Assembly: GCA_012295275.1 (NCBI GenBank)
Contig: CM022671.1
Location: 27,342,001-27,406,000, forward strand
Reading direction: 5' to 3'
DNA length: 64,000 bases
Origin: Chrysomallon squamiferum
Lineage: Eukaryota; Animalia; Mollusca
Part shown: in pieces, positions 22,321-37,486 of the stretch
Position numbering within the stretch: the stretch's first letter is position 1
Layout of the letters: each line of letters starts with the position of its first letter
The notes under the pieces: generated by a model
What the model saw: the letters and a program-made list of their open reading frames with translations, nothing else
Told to the model about the DNA's origin: nothing
Database searches by the model: none
Position numbers and translations under genes: made by a program

Positions 22321-22984
22321 AAGAGGTTTTAACATGTCAATAACAGTGTTCATAAATGCACCATCTGTAGCCTATTTGAAATAAAAATTATTTGTACTGA
22401 ATAGTCACAAAGTTGGTGAACAACATAAACATAACAAAAACTGTCATTTAAATTAGACTGAAACGAGCGACATGACAGATCATCCATAATTTGATATTAT
22501 AATATATAGTTATTATGCCTTATTTCCATTCAGTTAACTGTTCTATTTGTTATATTTAAAGCATGAAGCAGAAACAATATACAATTATTATTATTATCAA
22601 TTAGTGACAATAATTAAGGCTTCAGAAGGACATACAAACAAAGAAAATTAATAAAAATAATTAATACATAAATAAATAAAATATTTAAATACATAAAGAA
22701 AAAATATATAAATTGAAAAAAATAAATATATATTTATTGTTTTACAAATTTGACATTATATAAAAATAGCACAGTAAAATATCTGAATCTGTATTATGCA
22801 CAAAAAAAAACGAATTGTGAACTGAATAAATTAATATGTTAAATACAATAGACAGAAATGTTACTGGAAAATAAAAACTGATTTTAAAAAATTCTGTATT
22901 CTTTTGAATATAAATTAAACCTATCAGTTAAGAAGCACATCAACAATAAAAGTATTCTTTAAAAATAATGAGCACCATTTAAAA

Positions 22985-23023
<39 letters not shown>

Positions 23024-23113
23024 GCCTTAAAAGTTTCATAAAAAGCAGGGTGCATGCTTTACAGTGTAAATGAACTGTAATTCTCAGAAAAACATTTAAC
23101 ACGACTAAGTCAC

Positions 23114-26100
23114 TCATTGTGATGGTAGATATTTCTTCTCTGCCTCAATCAGTTCCGCTTCATTCAGAAGATGGAACAATTCTTTAACAGGAACAACCTG
23201 CAATTTGAGGCAAATAAAACAAATCTGAGAAAAAGAAAATGTTAGATTTTTTTTCTTCTGTTTTCTACAACACTTAACTTGATCTCTGATTATTAAGTTG
23301 CAAAGAAGTAAGCATTAATAATACTTCAAACAAAGTTCTTTGCATTTGCTAAAAATCCATTTTAAGTTTAAAAATTAAAAATCAAAGATTTAAATACCAT
23401 AAAACTGTGACAGGACCAAAGGGGAAAAAAAAAAAAAAAAAAAAGAATAAAAAACACAAGATGCAATCTATTATAAATGAATCATCATATATTCAAAACC
23501 TGATAAAGAAATTTTTACATGTATTTCTCATTTTGTAACAAATGTTCTATCAAGCTAAGTGTAGTCCGTATAACACTGTCTTGGTTAGACTGATTAAACA
23601 CTTCTCAATCACAGACACTCCATTTTATCAACACTGAACCTTTTCTCTGTTTAATTTTCTGTCATGCTGTCTAAAACATCAGTACAATGCATTAATGCTA
23701 CAAACTCAGCTTTTTACATCAGTTTCAAAAGACATGGCACCACTTGCTTTTATTCCAGCTAATTCTGTAACACATTAACTACACATTGTTTATCTTCAAC
23801 ATTACTCACTTGTTTGTCATTCTCAATTCCCTGTAAATTCTGGTCTTTCACAAGTCTGCTGGTCAGAGCCTGCATGGCTAGTACTGATGCCCGAATGGAA
23901 TGGTTGGCCCAGATTACCATGGCGATATTCAAGTCACGGAAACGTTGAGTTGGAGTTGTGTAGTATGTGGTTGGCACCAGAATGACTGGGCCCTTGCAAA
24001 AAAAAAAAAAAAAAAATATAATATTTACAATATTATTTTTCTTTTAATAGGTGCTCCATTCTGTCTTGGTCAGTACAAGGTTGCTGTTTTCTTTTATAAA
24101 TAAAATAAAATACTGCAATGAAAATTGAAAAACTGAAGACACATAACCATAGATTTTTAAAAGATTTTTGGGGTGTCAAAAGTAAAAAAGAAATTGCTCT
24201 AAACCTTCACAGATTTTGTGCTTAAAGCCTCCAGGGCACAGTCTCTAACTAACATTATGCCAAAAACTGATGTGTCTAAATAACTTTGATGACCTATTAA
24301 CCAAGGTGAAGGTACAGACAGACAATGTATACATAACCAGCTCTTTAAATGATAATCTTATCCAGTTAAAACTGACACTATATCAGAAGAACGATCATTT
24401 TGATAAGAAAGACAAGAAACTTCAGACAGAATTCAGGAGGTTCTAGTCCTGGAGAATTGATATGATCAGTCGCTTTCTGAATCAGCTTCAGTGGCCGTGA
24501 CTTCATGCATGGTTTGGCAGAAAACACTCTCTGATTGGGCGGGTCTTCTTGTAATTGCTTTAAGCTTCAGTTCTACGTGTTCTTTAATAGATGAAATATT
24601 TCTCTCTCCAGTCATATCTTCAGAAATAGTGAAGAGATGTCATGTGATTTTTTCATCAAGATTTTTCTACCACTTTCAGATGGCAAAAACTTTTATGCTA
24701 GATACACAAACAAAACTAAGATATCAAACTTTTGACTCATCGAGTTATTTATATGAAGGAAACTTAAAAAAAAGTACTGCTTGAGTTGATGTTTGCAATA
24801 AGCGATTATAATCCATAACAAGATGGCAGATATCCCACTGCAATTGTGACTGAGATTAAATGTGTTTTTTCGTAATACAAATTCCATTCATGCAGTTTTT
24901 ATTCGGAATAAATCGAGCATTCAGCCGTTAGTAAAATCAGGTCAAAACTTAATACCAACATTTAGTGACCTATCATAATTCATAACAGAAAATCATAATA
25001 AACACTATCTCATAAAATTCACTAACGCTTTATGTTGACAAGCACAGGTATTTACACTATATATCTAACTTGTGGCTGGATAAAGTGTTGACTTTCTTTC
25101 ATGCTTATTTAACTTTGATACCTGATTGTTCCACAGCTTCATGAATTCTTCTATCTGTGATGCATCCTTTTTTTTACTATGCATCAGAATGGCATCAGCT
25201 CCTGAAGAAAAATACGTAAAGATACATACACATTCAGTAAATAAAAATTAATTTAAAAAAAAGAAGAAAACAATTATTTTTTTTTTTTTTTTTATAATAG
25301 ATTAAATAGTGGACTATAAATTTTGAATAACTTTTTTCTTTCTTTCTTTTTTTAAAAAATTTATGGAAGCTTTTTTATTACCTTAACATTTGAAAAATAT
25401 ATTTGTGCAACTAATATCCTTGATTTAATAAGAAGCACCGACTTTTTATTTATTCTCATGTGCTTCATATAACCCTTTTTAAGATTACGTAATAAATACA
25501 AAAAACAACTTGTAATATTATCTGCAGTAAAAATTATTCCCAAGCTAGCAGCTCAGCTAAGCTTTATTTACTTTTAAATCTTTCATCTCGTAAACATTTC
25601 TTTTTTTTATCAGTTGTTAATAAAAAAAAAAACACCACCAAACAAACAAACAACAACAACAATATGGGTTTAACGAGACGTCCTACATTTAGTGAATCTT
25701 TCTGTTAAAAAGAGTTCATGAAAATCATTCGCATGAGCTTTTTAATGGCACAGATTTTCAAAAGATGGGAGCCATTTGATCAAGACTTTTTGTGACACAT
25801 TTATTTTCATATCCATGTTTTACACTTACAGTGAGGATGTATTGTTGATGTGCATATTGTGTGCAGTGAAACGCTTTGTTGGTTCTGCAAGGTAATTTTT
25901 TAGTGGTGTTTGCATAATGTACTCTTCATTTGTTTTTTTTGTTCAGCATTGAAAACTTGCTTTGTATATACACTTGTACATTTAGTCAACAATTACGTTC
26001 TGATATCTGCAGATATCCCAGATAATATAAATTAATACCTAGATTTTTTTTCAAGCTAACTTGTGCCGGTATTTTGTTTGTATAAGCTTCATATAATTAA

Positions 26101-29100
26101 CATCTACATTCAAAACATTCTAGTTCATGAAAGACTCCATTTATAATCAACAATATTTTTTAATTTAAAAAAATCCTAAGTTTTTATTAATTACCATCAA
26201 AATGAGTAAATCTTTGAGACTGTTTTGCTTTTAGTGCAAACTCTCAGATTTTTCCTTTAATTACAACTAGCATTAATTAACAAATATCATTTTATATTTA
26301 AAGAATTTCATTTTAATTGCTATTAAAGCAGCTATCGTCTATTCACCATTTATCATCAATATAAATATCTATTTGCATAATCATTGTTATTCAAAAATTA
26401 TTGTTAGATGCGTAATAAAACGGATGTTATAATACCTGAACTTAAATATAAATATTTTTCAAAAATAGCACAAACTTATTGGGTTTATTTAAATTGTAAT
26501 AATTAGCTGTCAATTGAACCTGCGTTAATGTAGGCTTCTGCTCGTTTCAAGGCCTCGTCAACTCCCCAGCCTGCTATGAAGGCCTCCACTCTAGCAACAA
26601 GTACAAAATCAGGATCCTTCAGTGTATCTTTGCATGCCTGAAATCAAAAATAAAAACACTTCCTTAGTTGTAAATTTAGTCAATCTCCTTCAAAATACCA
26701 GTTTTATGACTAATGAATTTTAAAAAAACAATAAAAACAATAATATAGGTCCATGTTTTTGTTTTAAAAATATTACATTATGAATTCTAAATTTTCATTA
26801 TCATCATCATCATCATCATTATTTTAAAAAATTCAGAACTTTAACACCTGAGAATTTAATAATATAAAAACCAGTAATTTATTATGACTTGTATTTCAAT
26901 TATAAAAATTACCTGAATCTTCAAAGAGAATTCTTTAATATCTGCTAAAGGCTGTGACCTGCCATCATGAAGAGAATTAGTTTTAGGAAATAATTTATCT
27001 TCCAGACAAGCACCTTGAAAATAAACAAAAAGCTGCTATTAATTTGATTGGAAAAAAGAAGAAATAAACGGAACAAAAAACATATAACACAACCTTGTAA
27101 ATTTCAACTAATAAGTATTTTGCATCATCATAATAAAACAAATATAAACATATGGCCTTTTATGATACACCTGTTATTACCATATGTTTATTAATTTGAA
27201 TGGAAATGGCCATTATGGTTTCAGGATAAAACCACACCTCTTATTTCTAAGGTGGAAAAAGCCACTGTTATCAGCCTAGGACAATCAAGAATTTTTTTTG
27301 TATAAATGGATGGATACTAAATTTGTTATAAAAAAAACAAACAAGAAAAAACATATGTGTTTATATTTATTCAACATTAACAGAAATAATCTGATGTCAG
27401 TAACAAATCTGTTGTAAATCTGATAAAAACACCTAAACCTTCTCGAAACCTCTTGTACAAGTTCTTGCTATATTAATTTATAAGATCAACTGCAGATGTT
27501 TACTGTTTTTGTCTTAAAGCAGTTAGAGGCACCTTCAGTGAATGTTGGCGTTTCCATCCCAGTTAACATGGTCTGGAAGACATTCCACACATTATACAAA
27601 AAGTGGAAATGTTAAGGTCAATCACATGGTATAGTTTGATCATCAGGATTACAGCTGATTATTAGAAGATTACATAATCCTTTAGATGTTGGAGACTGAT
27701 TCAGTCAAAGAAGATGACAGCTCTTAAAATGTTTTTTGTTTGTTTAACCACTGCTTATTTGTAGACATACCACTGAGAGGCAGCATAGCAATTTAACACT
27801 TAATAAGATTATAAATGACTGCTAGATGATTATAGAATCAGTTTAGACAATTCAGTCAAATAGGATGACAGTCTTCTTTATAGTCATTAATATATATTGT
27901 CTTATCTACAGAAACACCATTAAGAATCTGCTCAGGAAATCAGTCAACCATGACAGTTAATGGTTTCACAAACAGAAATAATTTGTATAATAAGAAGTAA
28001 TAGTACAAATCTGGCTATTGCTAACACTACCATGACCCATGTTGATCAGTAAGTGCATTATTTGCTTTTTATGATAATCCAATCACATTCACAAAGGAGT
28101 AATCGTGGTGCAGAAGTCAATGGGTCACTGGGTTGAATAACAAACCATTTCTGATGGTTATAAAGGCTGGTCACTGGTTTAGTGACATGTGGCTAAGTAT
28201 TAACACATTTATCTCCTTCAGTCATGCATCAAACTTTGATTTACAGCTTAATGTACTGTTATGAGTGACATCTTGTTCCAGACACGGTAGACATCATTAG
28301 TACATATTAGCAATGTAATAATTCATTATTGTTGCTTCCGATACATCTGCATAAAAGTAATGTAAACCTGACACGTTCCCATACATTAGTTATTAGATAC
28401 AGCTTTCTGTTTGACAAGCTTGATGTCAGAATTTGAAAGCAGTATGACATTAATAACATATCATTTTTACAGCATATACCTACCCATAGCGCATACATTC
28501 TTCTGTGAATCAGTCTTTTAAACAATGCGCTGCAGTAGCAGAAATAAAAAGGATTCCACAAAGCAAATAAATCAGTTTAATTTTTTAAATTGGTGTTTGT
28601 CATATTTTATTATACAATCTGATAGATTTTTCATCTGCTTTCTCATTATTACTATTATTACATTTTGTTGACTGGCGATCTGAAATTTGTCTTTGTCATA
28701 AGTAAAACTATAATGCAAGAGCAAAGCAGTATTTTACAGATTTATCTTACATCTTATATTATGTAAGATATATTAATGATCAACAAAAAACACTTAATTA
28801 ATGGAAGTATTACAGAATAAACTATTAGTAATCAAACAGTTATTATTAGTTCATTCTCTCTCTCTCCATTAATTAGTCATTTTTCATTCATCAGTCTTTC
28901 CCCAAGCCCAGCAACTGGTTTAACAAAGAAAGACATGTATTTTTGCTGTTAATGGGTCTGTACATATAAAACATTTCTTTTTGCTTACTGACAAAGAGAA
29001 ACTCATCATACAATGGCAGAAAGTTTTCACTTTAATTATCTACTCTTAACAATATGTACAATACCAGATGGTCATAGATTACAAATATATGGTATCAATA

Positions 29101-32100
29101 ATAAAAAAATAAAAAATATATCTATATATATTTCTTCTTTCTTTTTTTTTATTAAATACTGACAATCTAACTGATTTTTACGTAAATTATCACACTTGTG
29201 TCAACATTTACTGTGACTGTTATTTAGAAAGAAATAATACTTATTAATGATTTTTTTAAAATTTTATCTTATACAGTACTCTTATAAATTTTTATAACTG
29301 CTGTTAGATATTACTGTTCATTAGAACAAAACACTTTAACAGTTACTATGACAACAGAGATAAAACAGATTACAAATAAAAAAAATAATTTGATTTCATA
29401 AAACACTGGGTGTAATTTAGGGAAAGAAAAAGAAAGATGGCAAAACAAACAACAGACTGAGAGAGAAAAACAAGTCACATAATGATCATGTGATTTCTGA
29501 ATTGGTTTTATTGTAAGGTTTTATTTGTACACAGCTTACAGAATAAACCATTTTTATCTTATATACAGAGCATATAATACATTTCCATACTAATCTGAAG
29601 TTTTGCTGTGTGCAGTTTTAAAGATAAAAACTATTCTAGAATGTACTGTATATCTACACTGCACTGAAGTTGCATTGTTTGCAGTTTCAAAAAAGATAAT
29701 AATTATTTTTTTGATATGCATAATTCATCTGTTTTGTAACTGTTGACAATTCAGCTATCAGTCTGTCAGTGGATTGATGCAAGGTCAGGTCACTAGGTCA
29801 TTCAGTTCAATGACCTTTAACCCATACATCTAATCTCTACCCCAAGTTTATAGTTTATTTCAGGACATTCTGCATAATCCACTGTGAAAACTGGAGTTTG
29901 GAATTGTTTTTGTTTTTTTTACAACGTAAAATAAAATAAAATGAAATAAAATAAAATAAAATAAAATAAAACTTAAATAGAAAATAAAATAATAAAAACA
30001 AACAAAAAATAAAAAAATGAAAACAAAATAAATAATAAATACATATTTTAAAAAAGAAATAATAAAAACAAGTGTTATTGACAGTGCAACAGCAACAAAA
30101 ACAAAGCAAGTTAGATTAGGAAAGAAATATATATTTTTGGTGAAACAAATTATTTGAGAATTAAAACAGAGAAGTAAGAAAATATGACTTTTGGACAAAT
30201 TAATAAAAAAACCCAGTACACGACAGAGAGAGATATATGTGAAAAAAAAAAAAAATTAAATTCCTTAAAATCTTTTATTTTTAAACCATATTCATGTTTT
30301 TAAAATATGCTTGTCTAAATAAGTTTAAAATGCTACCCAGATTTAACAGGCATTCACAAAATTAAATCAGATAAATGGATATGTTGGGTGCAGTGAAACC
30401 AAAAACAAACAAAAAAGTCAAAAAAGAAAAGAAGTGTTTTTGTAGTGTTTTCATTAAAACTTTCTTTTAGGACAAATAAGTATCAAATGCCTTCAAATAA
30501 ATATATACCTACCGAAATTATATTTATGTTTAGTTCAGAATTTTATTTATTCATTTATTTATTTATTATTATTATTATCATTATTATTATTATTTTAGAA
30601 AAAAATAAATGGTGAAAAATTAGTTTGAAAGAGTATAAAAAAAGAAAAAGGAAAAGTATATAAAATAAAAATAAATAATAATAATTTAAAAAAAACAAAA
30701 CAAAACAAGATGAAAAGAACATTTTACTAGCTACACTAACTCAGGTTCAGATTACATGTAAGTTAGTATTACACAAACTGCAAAACAGGTTTCATTCAAA
30801 AGTGAAAACAAAAATTACAATTCCATGATGCAAATACGTCAAATACTATTTATTTATTTATTTCATTAATAAATCATTACCAGCATAACAATACATACAT
30901 GAATATATAATTAAAACAAGTTTTTCTTGGATAAAGAAAAAAAAAAAAAAAAATGAAAGCAACTGCAGTAACCTCATTTCATTCGAGTTTCATTGTAAAC
31001 TATCAGTTGCTAAGTCATATTCAAGGAAAAAAAAAAATAGAAAAAGAAAAAGAAAAATAGAAAAAGAAAAGCAATATATTATATAACTAAGAACAGAACT
31101 AAAAGGCACATCACTGCTAAATATAGAACATTAGCTACATACGCATGTGCAGCTATGAGCCAGGTTTGGTCCCACTGCAAAACAGCCAAAGATTTAACAA
31201 AGTTACTGCACCTTCAAGTACAGGTGATCCCCTGTATCAGAGAAATCAACATTAATACACATGTACATCTTTATCTCACCTACCTTACATTCTTTTCTTC
31301 TTATTTCTCTTCCTTCTTTTACTTTTATTTTTTATTTATTTATTTATTGTATTTTTAAAAAACAAACATTTTTTTTTTTTTTAAAGTATAATTTTTATTC
31401 AAAAACAAAAACAAACAACATGAAATTGTGCTGAACACAAAAAACACAACATTTCAGTGACAAATATCAAAAATACATCAGTATAATCACAAAAAGGAAA
31501 TAGTTATTAATCCAAATTGCCACTCAAAATAAATGGGGCAAGGATGGGCAACCATTTTTTTCCCCTTATGTAATCACTATTATAAGTGAATAATTTTTTG
31601 ATGATGATGATGATGATAATAATAATAATATTATTATTATAATAATATAATAAAAATAAAATAATAATATAATAATAAAAAAAATAATAACAATAATAAA
31701 AATAAAAATAACAACAACAACAACAACAACACAATAATATTGTGGTGATGAGTGTAGAAAAGATTATTTGCTGATAACAAAGGATCAGAATGTGGAACAG
31801 AAAATATCAAATTACAAACAGTGCACTTTCAAATAATTAATGTTAACAAATACAAACTGAAAAACTGAAATCTGCCACACTTTCATGATCCATGCACACA
31901 TAGCCCACCCAAAATATTAAATAATGTAGATGATCAAATATTTTAATAGTTAATTTTTAAAATCATGTAATGCAAAATAATTTATTATTAAGTATTTTGT
32001 TTTATTTTGTAAGTCCAGAACAACTCTTTACAGATACTCCCTTGTTCTTTTCACTAAATTTAATTTTCTTTTAAAGATTTTGCCAGTGAAAACAACTGCT

Positions 32101-33807
32101 TCTAATTCTGAGAAAAAGATATTTGAATGTCTGAAGAACAATAAATCTAACCTGCAATACCAATCTGTTCCAGTTTTCTAACCAGTCGCCGGGCGTTGTT
32201 GAAATTTCCAAAACCTGTATCAGCATCCATCAAGATCGGGATATCACAGGCATCATTCATAAATTCAAGAACTTCCAGAATCTGAGTCCACGAGGCTTCG
32301 TTGCAGTCTCGAACCCCAAGCTGAGCTGACATGGACAGTCCACTACCCCAGATGGCTTTAAATCCTAGACAAAATATTTAAGGATGTAATCTTATTAAGC
32401 TGCTTGCTTCCAAGAATATAATAACTCTGAAAATGCAAAAAAATGAAGCCCCAAAATAATGGCCTAACTGTATTTATTTAATGACAAAAAATTATTTTTT
32501 TAAATGTACTTAATAAAATTGCATGTTACTGAATTACCGTCTGTTTTTACACATAGAAGCTAAACATTATACAGAAAATTCATTATTATTAACCATGTAC
32601 GCAAAACTATCTACAGACCTTTTATTTAGAAAACATTTTTAATAAAATCATTCAGTAAAAATATTTTGGTTTAAATATTTTGAAATACTTTTTTGTAATT
32701 ATGAGATACTTACATTGTAATATACTTTCTGTGATTACAAGTCCATCATAATGTATGCTCTTGTAATTATGACATTGCTAAACATCTGGTTTTTAGTCAA
32801 TGTTTGGGGGGGGTCTTCAAAAATTATATTAGTTGTTGAAAGGATAATGCTATTATATCTTTTCAGTTGATGCTTATATCTTGGGAATTCAAGTTATATA
32901 TCTGAATAGTTATCTTGAAATTATTTCAGTATTATGACAATGTATCTGGTAATTATTAAATAAAAAATAATTATCAAGTGGTACTGAGTGATTTCTGTAC
33001 AGCTTGTATTATTATTACATAACTGAAGTTTTTCATTTTTTAAAATTATTTCTGTGTTATGTAAATCAGTGGCATTTATTATACATACAGCTATGTGCCT
33101 CCATTTTAAATATTATTTAAATATTTGGTTTAACTTATAAAAAATAAAAAAGTAATCCCCCCCAAAACACAAACAAACAAACAAACAAATAAATAAATAC
33201 TCAGTTAAAAAACCCCAACAATATCAACAACAAAAATAAATTATGTAATGAAGCAGCTTCTGTTTCATTTTGAATCTTTTGCAATGAATAAATATGAATT
33301 GATTTTTTACAAAAAAAACCAACACATTTAAATATCACTTAATATTACGTATCAACAACTGTTTTTGTCTGATGAAAAAACCTACAAAAAACCAATGCTA
33401 ATCAGTCAACAGGCTAACCATGTCTTTCTTCTAAAGTGTACTTTCCACAGCTTTTGATAAATCTATCTTAAGGCACAAGATGAAATAGAAAAAAAAATTA
33501 AAAATTAAAAAATTAAAATAATGGTCAACAGGTGCTCTTAATAAAAACTAGATCACTGTTTTTTTGTTAGCAAAAAGGAAACTGTTGTATGTACTTTCTC
33601 ATAGACAGACAAATAGAGTTATGAGGCTTGAGAATACACGTGTCCTATTTCACCACAGATTAACATATTATGAATAAGTTACACTCTGCTCCAAGTGATA
33701 AGGATTAAGAATTATATTTTAAACTTGAAGCTTATGATTAGAACCTTTTTAAAAAGTACCTTATTTATTTATTTATTTATGTGTTTGTTTTTTTCTTTAA
33801 AAATATT

Positions 33808-33839
<32 letters not shown>

Positions 33840-36800
33840 TATTTATTCTATTTAATTTTTAAAAATTATATATTCTGACAAAAACATGGAGAAATATCTG
33901 GATTGGGAAACAGTTAAAGTGTCTTACTAAGAAATGACAATGCCACTTCTCGGATTAATGTCAAAAATAAAAAAATAAAAAGGTATAGTAATATTTATGT
34001 ATTACCTGGCTTGTGACACACTAGTAAAGTACAGAATATACTGTAAGATATTCATGTTCTGACATGAATATCTTAAAGTACATTTTGGCAGAATAGTGCA
34101 TGTACATTCATTTTTTTTTTTAGTTCAGGAAGTTCTTTCTTTGACATTGTATATATTCTTCTTATTTAATTCCTTCCTTTTTGATATATAATTATTTCAA
34201 TGAAGCAAATAACTGTGACAGATTTTTATGGTTCATGAAATTGATATAATGATAATGAGATCATTTAACTTGAAATTGTTAAAAGATCTTTCAGCATGTC
34301 CTTTATGGACTGAAAATTTGCTGTTAAAAAGAAAATGTACTGAATAGAAAGGGGAATGAAATATTTGATATATAAGCTGACTTGTTTTTAAAAAAAAAAT
34401 GAAACATCAGAAGGTACTAACTGTTGTGCTGTTCCCCTTAAAATATTAATTCAGAAAACTGATAAATGCTATTAGGTACATAGTGACCTACAAGGGAAAG
34501 TAGATGTGGAAAATTCCATGCTGCTGTTTTCTAAGTTTTCTGAAAAGAAATGAATTTTATTCACTTTTTTTCCTCCCTCATGGTCTATATTCATGCAGGG
34601 GTGAATGATAATATATTTATTATTATTTTTTGTTTGCTAAGAAAATTCTTCCTTTAATTTCATTTGATTTTGAACTTTTAAAATACCTGAATGAAACACT
34701 CTGTACTTTTCCAAATGACTTTATAACAAAAATTAGAATCATAAATCTATAACTATTTCCTTTTGATATTAGTCAGTCAACACACAAATACATTCCTATT
34801 GGCTTTATGTCACAATCCATCCTGTGTTCCAGTTGGATTATCAAAAAGTTTCCCATTTTTAGAAAATGGCATATTAAAAAAATAATTATTTCTTATCATC
34901 AAGAAAATAATAGTGTAGTGCAATAGTCCCTAACGACATAAAAATGTAAGATTAGATAAAACTGTTCCGTGTATTGCTAAATAAAATATTTTCAGTTGTA
35001 TTAAATAAGTTTTAGAATGAACTTTGTATCATCCATTTTGTTGACTGACCAGTTATCTTCAGTGTGTTCTCTGGACTATTTTAAGGTTTCACTGACCACA
35101 GTTAATGTTATGCACATATCTACTGATAGGAAAACAATTATAAATGTAAGATTGTAGAAATAGCCCAAAGAATCAGAACAGAAATGTATAATGAATTCAG
35201 CAACTCATATATAAATGCAATGATTTAAGCATTAATTCATAACAATGGGGAGATCTAAAACATTTATTATTTGCAAATTTTTTATTATATAGTCAGGAGA
35301 AGATTAATTAAATTTCAGATTCCAAAGTGTGTGAATTTTTACATTTTTAAAAAATGCTTTATATGTTTTTTTTTTTTTTTTCCCCATTTCCTAGCCTCAC
35401 ACAATAAACATAAAATATAAAACCAAAGAGTGAAAACAAAAATAATAAAATGTCCTCACAGTAATTAAAGAATACACTTTTTAAATTATCTTAATTTTAC
35501 CTGCATTTTGAGCAATCTTTGCACTCAGTCCATTATGAGCTTCCATCAAGAATTCCAGCTGATCAGAGAGTAACAGCTGTTTCAGAACACTGGATTTCTG
35601 AAGTCAAAACACAATCATGTAATTCAAACATATGTTTATAGCTAGCTAATTTTGTAACTACAACAATATTATTTATGATAATAAACTTTTTCTATGTATC
35701 TAAATAATACCCAACCAATAAAAAAATAAAAAATAAAAAATAAAAAAAAATGAAATAAAATAAGTCAAAAATAAAATAAAATAAAGATTAAAAAATAAAT
35801 ACATGTAAATTAATTACAAAATAGTATATATAGAGAGATATAAAAATTCACATATTGATGATATTTTTCAGTCTTAAGTTAGCCAAATAACTGACCTGTG
35901 ACTATTTCAGATAAACACATAAAATAATTCTGCTTTATTTATGATAATTAATATTATAGCTATACAGAATAATTTAGAAATCATTTTTAAGCTAAAGAAT
36001 TATTTTCATTTCAGATTATTTTAATGCACATAATAATTTTACTTAAATATAAAAATATAATAATAAAAAATAAATAAATAAATAAATAAAAATTAAATAA
36101 ATGAATTAAAAAAAATGCACCCACCCAACCTCCCCCCCCAAAAAAAACAACAACAACTAAACAATAACAATAAAAAAAAAATTTATTTTATTTTATTTTT
36201 TTTTAAAATAGGAAAACTAAATGTATTTTTTATCTTATTATTCTGAAATAGACAAGGGTTTTGAATTGGGTTTTGAATTAAGATTTTACATATCTCCTTA
36301 AACATCCTTCGATTATGAACAATATACTAGACAAGTGGCTCTCTACTAGATAAATATACGTATCAGAGGTACATAAAGTGTTAATGTTCCAATAGCATTT
36401 TAGAAGTCTGAACATGAATCCATAAGACAAAGACTGGGATTTGCCTATTGTCATTATATAAAATATATTTTTATAAGCCCTTGCTGTGAATGAGCAATCT
36501 GTGACTTATCCCTGATGTTTCACTGTTTCTAGATTTGATTATTCCTCACTGGTTTCTGTAACTGACTTACATTTTAAAGCTGGATTACGGATCTATAAAA
36601 TATCTATAATTATATACCAAATAACAGATATCTGATTTCATATGCTTTACATCTTATAATTAATTACATGGACTTTAAGAAAAAACTGACACATTCCATA
36701 TCATGTGTATTTATAAACGTATATAATATATTGCTTTTGTGTGAATTGATTAAATGCACAAAACATAACACATACCACCTTTTTTAAAATTGATTAAATA

Positions 36801-37433
36801 CACAAACAACAACACGTACACCTTTTTTTTCTTCTTCTTTATTTTTTCCTGCTGATTAAACACACAAAGCATGAAATATCTGATTAAATACACACTCAAC
36901 TGGAGGGCTGGTTCAAATAGTACACATTGTTTAGCCATATCGTTTTGCAATAACAATCACAATAACCGACCAAATTTCCTGAAACTTTTCAAGCTTCAGC
37001 AATTTCTTTGTCAGTTCTGGAGTTTTTCTGACCTATTTACTGCCAGTGATGCGAATTTATTTTTCTTTAGTTTTAAAATACAAAATAAAATGAAACCAGG
37101 AAATTTCCCCCAAAATCAGAAATAATTACTTACGATTTTATTTTTGCTACTAGTAATTTATTTTACTTACAATATCACAGATATATCCAACATTATTTAT
37201 TCATGATATACATTAATTGTCATTTATATATTTTTTTCCTTCTCAATGAGGGAAATCCCCAGTTTCTAGAGTATGCTTGTATAAGTTATAAAACAATTAG
37301 GAGATTTCTGACATAAAATGGCAGAGGATAATGAAACTGTATTTGTAGATAAAAGCTAGGAAAAATGACAAAATAAAAACATGTCTGAATGGTCTAGGAA
37401 TATTTTAATAATTGTCAGGCTGTGTTGATTTTA

Positions 37434-37486
<53 letters not shown>

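Noticed and set aside
28890-29100. Decayed SINE-like interspersed repeat (similar impressions at about 33550-33690, 45550-45840 and 38510-38860)
   Set aside because: The resemblance rests on recall only; boundaries, TSDs and A/B boxes could not be established without a repeat library.
29855-31734. F/Y/I/L-rich ORFs suggesting membrane proteins (also 3989-4273, 37405-37671, 53907-54122)
   Set aside because: They are translations of A/T-rich simple repeats with no splice or domain support.
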